Positions 58,763 to 64,000 of a stretch of 64,000 nt of DNA are shown one piece after another (the first letter of the stretch is position 1; the number at the start of each line of letters is the position of its first letter). Position numbers and translations under genes: made by a program. Under the pieces are notes generated by a model, which was not told the DNA's origin, searched no databases, and saw only the letters and a list, made by a program, of their open reading frames with translations. This stretch comes from a virus: positions 32,001-96,000 of the IMG/VR virus record IMGVR_UViG_3300045988_145033; one strand, written 5' to 3'.

Positions 58763-58852
58763 TTTGATTCCTCCTTAAAATTTTTTATTTTTACCTCTCG
58801 GTCTACATATATAATATATAGTATAAAAAATGAAAGTTGCACTAAGGCTACT

Positions 58853-60502
58853 TTATTTGAACTGGTCTGTAACTCCAAGTAGTTCAAGTGTAGCCTTTCT
58901 AGCTTCTTCCATTTGTTGCTCTAACTTCTTCTTATTTTCTTCAGATATATTAAATTCCCATTCATTCTTAGAACCACCGAATATCTTAGTTAGAAGTCCG
59001 TCTGGGTCTCCCGGTGCCGCATCTTGAATATTATCATAAGCGTCTTCGGGATTTGGTGATATTCTAAAATAGTTCTCAGTAAACTTAAAGAATTTAAGTT
59101 GTCTTTCGTTTGAGTTATTTTCCCCTTCAGATGCGTTATCTCTGTCTTTATCAAGAAGCATATGAAGTATAGGAATACCATTATAATATCCTCTAAATTG
59201 TATTATAAGAGTTTCTACGTGGAACTTAATTCCAAATCCACCAGCAACATGAGCCGCTGTTAGTTGTCCACCCATAAGTGGACTTGGATATCTTTTAGTA
59301 GCTATAGCTTCTCTTGCAACTCTTTCTCCGTCTCTGTTGAATTGTCCTGCTGTTATAATAGGGACATTAAGTCTTTGAGCGGCTAGTTTCAAAGCTTCAA
59401 ACTTTCTAACTAAAAGTGGTTTATTTCTATCTTCCATTTCATCTTTACTATATGGTGGGTCTTTTATAAGGTCAGCATAGTCTACTACTATTGCAACTAT
59501 TCTTTGTCCACCATTTCTATAATCTGCAACTAAATCGTCTAAATCTTCAGCTCCAAATTTATATCTTGAATATTGCTTAACTATTATACCCATTTCTTTA
59601 TCATCTTTAGGAGCAAGACGAGCAACTGCAAGTTCTCCTATTTCTTCATTAGACCTACCGTCAAGTGTACGAGAAAACATCTTCTCAGCTGATGACCAGT
59701 CCATGAATCTTTTAAATACTTGTAATACATCGTTTTCAAATGTTATATGTAAAACTGTATTTTCAAGTCCGGGTATATTATCAGCATTAGGATTAAACTT
59801 AGATATACCCATAGTTACATTTTCTAAAAATCCAGATTTGAATCCACCTGATAAAGCTATAGTACAATATAGCTTTTGTGGTTTAAATTTACCTATGAAT
59901 TTATCGAGTTCTGGTATACCCATAGATAGTGCATTCTTTTCTTCATAACGAAGTTTATGTATTATAGTTTCCATACCTTCTATCTTACCACCACGACGAA
60001 ATTGCACAGTAGTTACATCTTCTATAGATTCTGCATTTATCGTATTTCTCGCAAACACTTTCATTCCGCCTAGTAAGTCTTTAAAATTGTCTACCATATT
60101 CGTAACGGAAGAACCTTGAAATTTATATACATTTTCTATTAAGTTTTCAGCATCTGCAATTACCTTAGCATTAAGTGCAGTAAAGTTTACAAGATTTAAG
60201 GACGCTTGTCTATTCTCTTCAGTTAGAGCTTGATATCCAGCATACAAATCATCTGCCATTGCATTATCATAAGCTGATTGATATATCAAAGCTTCTTCAT
60301 CAAATGATACTCCATTTTTTATAAACTCAAGCATCTTCTCCATACAGCTTAGCATATTCTGCTCTCTTACATCTTGTACATTTTTATTCCATATTTCAAC
60401 GCACTCTCTACAATTTTTTATAAATCTAGCATTAGTACGAAAGTACGGTATAGTTGTGGTTATAAGGTTTAGTATAGCATAGTTTATTGGTAATATCCTC
60501 AT
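58853..60502 (-). CDS. DnaB-like replicative helicase
   Basis: GIPELDKFIGKFKPQKLYCTIALSGGFKSGF (DnaB Walker A region), IVAIVVDYADLI (resembles DnaB IDYLQLM), VRKFEALKLAAQRLNVPIITAGQFNRDGER (resembles SRsLKaLAkEL-vPViaLSQLNR). Confidence 0.7.
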   Translation of the reverse strand: MRILPINYAILNLITTTIPYFRTNARFIKNCRECVEIWNKNVQDVREQNMLSCMEKMLEFIKNGVSFDEEALIYQSAYDNAMADDLYAGYQALTEENRQASLNLVNFTALNAKVIADAENLIENVYKFQGSSVTNMVDNFKDLLGGMKVFARNTINAESIEDVTTVQFRRGGKIEGMETIIHKLRYEEKNALSMGIPELDKFIGKFKPQKLYCTIALSGGFKSGFLENVTMGISKFNPNADNIPGLENTVLHITFENDVLQVFKRFMDWSSAEKMFSRTLDGRSNEEIGELAVARLAPKDDKEMGIIVKQYSRYKFGAEDLDDLVADYRNGGQRIVAIVVDYADLIKDPPYSKDEMEDRNKPLLVRKFEALKLAAQRLNVPIITAGQFNRDGERVAREAIATKRYPSPLMGGQLTAAHVAGGFGIKFHVETLIIQFRGYYNGIPILHMLLDKDRDNASEGENNSNERQLKFFKFTENYFRISPNPEDAYDNIQDAAPGDPDGLLTKIFGGSKNEWEFNISEENKKKLEQQMEEARKATLELLGVTDQFK

Positions 60503-60516
60503 ATCGTTTACTCCTT

Positions 60517-61662
60517 TCAGTTATCGCTAATAGTTGGTTTTTCAAATTCAGGAATATCTAGTAGCTCTTTTATCCTCGATATGTCGATATTCACATCATA
60601 TATTTCCTCTATAGTTTTTTGTATCTTGTCAGTTAAAGGTATAGTAGGAGACAGTACATACTCTGCATCTTCTTCTATTGATTTAACTTCTGATACCTTT
60701 ACTTCTCTTTCTATCTTAAATTTAAAAGTTCCTTTATAAGATGACATAATAAGTGATAGATTTTTATACTCCTCATCGGAGTATCTATTAGTATCTACAT
60801 CTATTCTTATTTCATCTTTATCAGTTTTGTCAAGCTTTAAATCATTAAAGAAAGCTTTCATTTTCTTTATTGATTGTCTGCATATCTCAGTACCATCAAT
60901 TATTGTATATCTCCTACATTTCTTATTTTCTATAAATTTACAATCATAAGTTCCATTTTCTAAATCTATTGTAATATCATCAAAACCTTTCTTTACTCCT
61001 GCGTCTGTAAATGATTTAGAAGAATATGAACCTGTATACCAAATATTATCAGCAACTACTATTCTATTATGTATATGACCACACACTGTATATAATCCTG
61101 TAGTTTCTATTATATCTTTATCTTTAAGTATTTGAGCTGACTTGTGAGTTTCAGCTTTATAAGCTTTAGCATAAGGCATAGCAGATTCTATCGAACCGTG
61201 GTATACAGTTACATCAGCCATAGTAGTTAAAGCCTTTTCTTTTAGCTCTTCGTAATCATTTGAGTAATACTCAGGGATGAATCTAAATAAAAGTCCTTCG
61301 TATTCATAGAAAGTTACGTCCTTTATTATAAATAAATTTGTATTATCTTCAAGTGGAGCAAATATATCAAGTTGTGTACTATCGTGAGATTGTGTACCTT
61401 TAACTATGAATATTTTAAAATCGTATATCTTAGCACGATTATAAAGTATCTTTATAAATTCTACTGCTATTTGTATAGCTTTATGGTTAGCCGGATAAAC
61501 TCTATCAAATAAATCTCCAGCTATAGTTAGTATATCTAAATTATCTTTTATTTTATCTATATAATAAATGATATCCATAAGTTCCTCTACATAATCAGTC
61601 GGTTCTTTATAGATTGATATATGAATATCTGAAATATTAATATGTCTTACAAAATGCTTCAT
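60517..61662 (-). CDS. SbcD/Mre11-like metallophosphoesterase nuclease
   Basis: motifs ISDIHIS, GDLFD, GTQSHD, VYHGS and CGHIHNR; likely start is the ATG at 61662 after GGAGGTGTTT (the listed ORF begins at a GTG at 61707). Confidence 0.65.
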   Translation of the reverse strand: MKHFVRHINISDIHISIYKEPTDYVEELMDIIYYIDKIKDNLDILTIAGDLFDRVYPANHKAIQIAVEFIKILYNRAKIYDFKIFIVKGTQSHDSTQLDIFAPLEDNTNLFIIKDVTFYEYEGLLFRFIPEYYSNDYEELKEKALTTMADVTVYHGSIESAMPYAKAYKAETHKSAQILKDKDIIETTGLYTVCGHIHNRIVVADNIWYTGSYSSKSFTDAGVKKGFDDITIDLENGTYDCKFIENKKCRRYTIIDGTEICRQSIKKMKAFFNDLKLDKTDKDEIRIDVDTNRYSDEEYKNLSLIMSSYKGTFKFKIEREVKVSEVKSIEEDAEYVLSPTIPLTDKIQKTIEEIYDVNIDISRIKELLDIPEFEKPTISDN

Positions 61663-61667
61663 AAACA

Positions 61668-61690
61668 CCTCCGAAACAGCCTTTTGATTA
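61668..61690 (+). promoter_or_regulatory. class B motif (CCGAAACAGCCTTTTGATTAAA)
   Basis: motif family member upstream of 61753. Confidence 0.45.
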
Positions 61691-61752
61691 AATTTGGTGC
61701 TACGCACCCAAAATTTTGTTAATGAAATTTTGACTAATTAGGAGGTATAAAA

Positions 61753-62700
61753 ATGATAAAAACTAACAAAGCTAAGTTCTCTGATTTATCATCTCTATGG
61801 GTACAAATGGATAAAGTAGATAACTTATCATCAAAAGTTATAGAGCTTATAAGTGGACAAGATGTCAATGCTGAAACAGCTCCTGAATCTTTTCTTCTAT
61901 ATGAAGCGAACTCGAACAAAATGTTCAAAAGAGATATATTTAGACTATTAAATGAAGGTAAAATAAAAATCAAATACAATCCTATGGTTGCTATAGGAAT
62001 GTATCTACCTTACGCTCCTCTAATTGATAAGAATTCAGGTTCTGTACAAGTTATAGTAAATGCTACTTCTTATTGTGTGGAAGAAGATGGTAAATTAAAG
62101 ATTAATATAAATGATTTAATCGGACTTTGTCAAGGAGCTTATGCTGTTTATACATCTCTTATTAACTATACTAAGATATGTACTAATTTTAAGATGAGAT
62201 ATGAACTTATTGAGTTATATTTCAAGATTATGACTATTGCTATATCAGGTTCTCCTATATTTGCAAGCGGAGCTAACTCAAGATATCTTAAATATATCTG
62301 TGCAAGATTTTTGCTAGGACATCACTTTGGACTTGATAAAAATGTGCACGAAAGTGCAATGAACCAAGCGAAGATAGAAATGGATAATGAAAAAGCTTTT
62401 ATAAACCAAATGGTTTTAGAAACTCCAAAAGAAAACTGGCACTCATTTCACGGTATAGTAGAAATACTAAAGGCTAACTTCTTATCTTTAAAAGATAAAG
62501 TATCAGTAGAAAGTATAAGACAAAGAATTGCAATTATACTAGGTTCTCCTAATACATTTGTGATAGATTATGTCCCTTATCTTTGTGCACTATCAGCTGG
62601 ATATTATACTAACTATATCATCTACAGAAGCTCTACTATTAAATCAGAACTTCAGCCTTATTGTATGATGGTAGCAAAAGATGTATTGCAAGCACTTTAA
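61753..62700 (+). CDS. hypothetical protein
   Basis: 315-aa ORF; SD TTAGGAGGTATAAAA. Confidence 0.7.
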   Translation: MIKTNKAKFSDLSSLWVQMDKVDNLSSKVIELISGQDVNAETAPESFLLYEANSNKMFKRDIFRLLNEGKIKIKYNPMVAIGMYLPYAPLIDKNSGSVQVIVNATSYCVEEDGKLKININDLIGLCQGAYAVYTSLINYTKICTNFKMRYELIELYFKIMTIAISGSPIFASGANSRYLKYICARFLLGHHFGLDKNVHESAMNQAKIEMDNEKAFINQMVLETPKENWHSFHGIVEILKANFLSLKDKVSVESIRQRIAIILGSPNTFVIDYVPYLCALSAGYYTNYIIYRSSTIKSELQPYCMMVAKDVLQAL

Positions 62701-62712
62701 AGGAGGTTTAAT

Positions 62713-64000
62713 ATGAAAGCCTTTATTGATAGCTCAGATGGAAGAAAGACTTCCTTTTTCGAGCATATAACTCCACATATGGCAAGTCTCATAGAAATAG
62801 ACGGAATAGTAGGAGTTCATAAGTTTACTTTAAATAAGCTTACAAATCCTACTATGGAATTTTTAGATACATTAAATTTAGGTAAGGGACACTTTCAAAC
62901 TATGTATGATGTGTACCAGTTTCCCGATTTACAATTCACACCAGACTTTGGTAAGTATCAAATAATGTTTGAAAATACTACTGGATTTAGAGATTATAAA
63001 TCGTACTGTGATTTAAAAGGAGCTAAATACTTCTATGTAGATGAAAGTCTATTCTTTGTAGTACCTAAAGGAGAAATATTTCTAACTTCTGGGGTACTTC
63101 TTATATCTTCAGGTAATGACGTAGTTAGATTTACAACTACAAAAGAAACTGACAGTATTCATCTGTATTCTAATCTGTATCTTAATACAGCTCTCAAAAA
63201 TATAGAAGTATTTTCAGATAAAAAACCCATAGACCAGTATGAGATATGTCACGGTGTATTTGAAGATGATGAAGCTAAGTTTAAAAACGGTATAGCAAGA
63301 GGAGTAGTTATAAAAGCTCCTACAAATGGAATATTATCATCTATAGGAATTATAGTATACGAGAAAGCTGGAGTTACAGGATTTGAGTTTAGAGAGATTA
63401 ACTATGCTTCTTGGAATCAAAAGATAGCAGTTCTTAATCTAAATCATTTAGAAGATGAAATAGGAGCAGGTACTACTATAACTAAGCTATTTATACTATA
63501 TGATATAAATACAGCAGAGAAAACTACAGTAGATAAGTTATTTCCGGGTATAATAGATATAGCTTCTAAAAAACCTGCACTTCATTTTGTAAAAAATGAA
63601 AACGCATCTCTTGTACCTATGATACAAGATGACCCAAGACTATATATGAACTTTGGAGCAGACAGTGAATACTTTTCAAATATTAAATCTATATCTAAAA
63701 GACTAGCACTTGATTTAATATCAGAAGAGTATTCAAAAGTCAGAAATATATTAGAAATACCAAAAGACGAAACTTTAGATACTTGGGTTTTCTACGTTCC
63801 TAATAGATACTCACAAGTAATATCTTTATACGTAAATGGTTTATTCTATCACCACGAGTTTTTAAGAGAAGATAGACTTGGACTTTCTAAGATTACAATA
63901 GAAAAAGAGCACTTAAAAGAATACGGTGAAATAAAGACATTAGAGGCTTGTGTTGAGCCTTTATTTACGAGAAGGTATGATTTAGTTATAGATGATGATA
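62713..64000 (+). CDS. hypothetical protein, 3' end beyond the window (at least 429 aa)
   Basis: ATG at 62713 after AAGGAGGTTTAAT; open frame with no stop to the window end; absent from the supplied ORF list. Confidence 0.6.
   Translation, partial: MKAFIDSSDGRKTSFFEHITPHMASLIEIDGIVGVHKFTLNKLTNPTMEFLDTLNLGKGHFQTMYDVYQFPDLQFTPDFGKYQIMFENTTGFRDYKSYCDLKGAKYFYVDESLFFVVPKGEIFLTSGVLLISSGNDVVRFTTTKETDSIHLYSNLYLNTALKNIEVFSDKKPIDQYEICHGVFEDDEAKFKNGIARGVVIKAPTNGILSSIGIIVYEKAGVTGFEFREINYASWNQKIAVLNLNHLEDEIGAGTTITKLFILYDINTAEKTTVDKLFPGIIDIASKKPALHFVKNENASLVPMIQDDPRLYMNFGADSEYFSNIKSISKRLALDLISEEYSKVRNILEIPKDETLDTWVFYVPNRYSQVISLYVNGLFYHHEFLREDRLGLSKITIEKEHLKEYGEIKTLEACVEPLFTRRYDLVIDDD

Noticed and set aside
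1-64000. tRNA, rRNA, CRISPR arrays, integrase/transposase or attachment sites
   Set aside because: No 16S or 23S-like conserved blocks and no cloverleaf-compatible GC-rich 70-90-nt segments that I could recognise by eye. No spaced direct-repeat array. No protein has recombinase or DDE motifs. A tRNA scan would be needed to exclude tRNAs formally.

Overview
This is a very AT-rich window (about 28-30% GC by eye) with dense coding on both strands. Nearly every gene has a strong AAGGAGG-type ribosome-binding site, and stop/start codons often overlap (ATGA, TAGTG). Short GC-rich hairpins next to A/T runs close most transcription units. This is the architecture of a large (jumbo-type) virulent phage of a low-GC Firmicute host. 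The following genes are recognisable from motifs read directly in the translations. A non-canonical multisubunit RNA polymerase has beta-prime N- and C-terminal parts encoded by two separate genes about 50 kb apart. A family B DNA polymerase is split inside the palm domain into two genes about 27 kb apart on opposite strands. A GroEL-like chaperonin carries the GDGTTT motif. A roughly 3000-aa virion or tape-measure-like protein carries a lytic transglycosylase domain and two papain-like peptidase domains. Smaller recognisable genes are an SF2 helicase, a DnaB-like helicase, an SbcD/Mre11-like nuclease, a radical SAM enzyme, a GNAT acetyltransferase and a putative HD hydrolase. Three families of conserved intergenic elements recur. 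Class A is an AT-rich TATAATATATA-type promoter-like motif, in three cases joined to a roughly 90-nt conserved leader whose hairpin shows a compensatory base change. Class B is a TGAAAAACAGCCTTTTGA motif found eight times close to start codons, including both polymerase halves, and it resembles AACA-type late promoters of phage-encoded multisubunit RNA polymerases. The third family is GC-rich palindromic terminators. I also found a chain of unannotated, translationally coupled small membrane-peptide genes. No rRNA, tRNA, CRISPR array or transposase was recognised. All functional calls come from motif reading without database searches.
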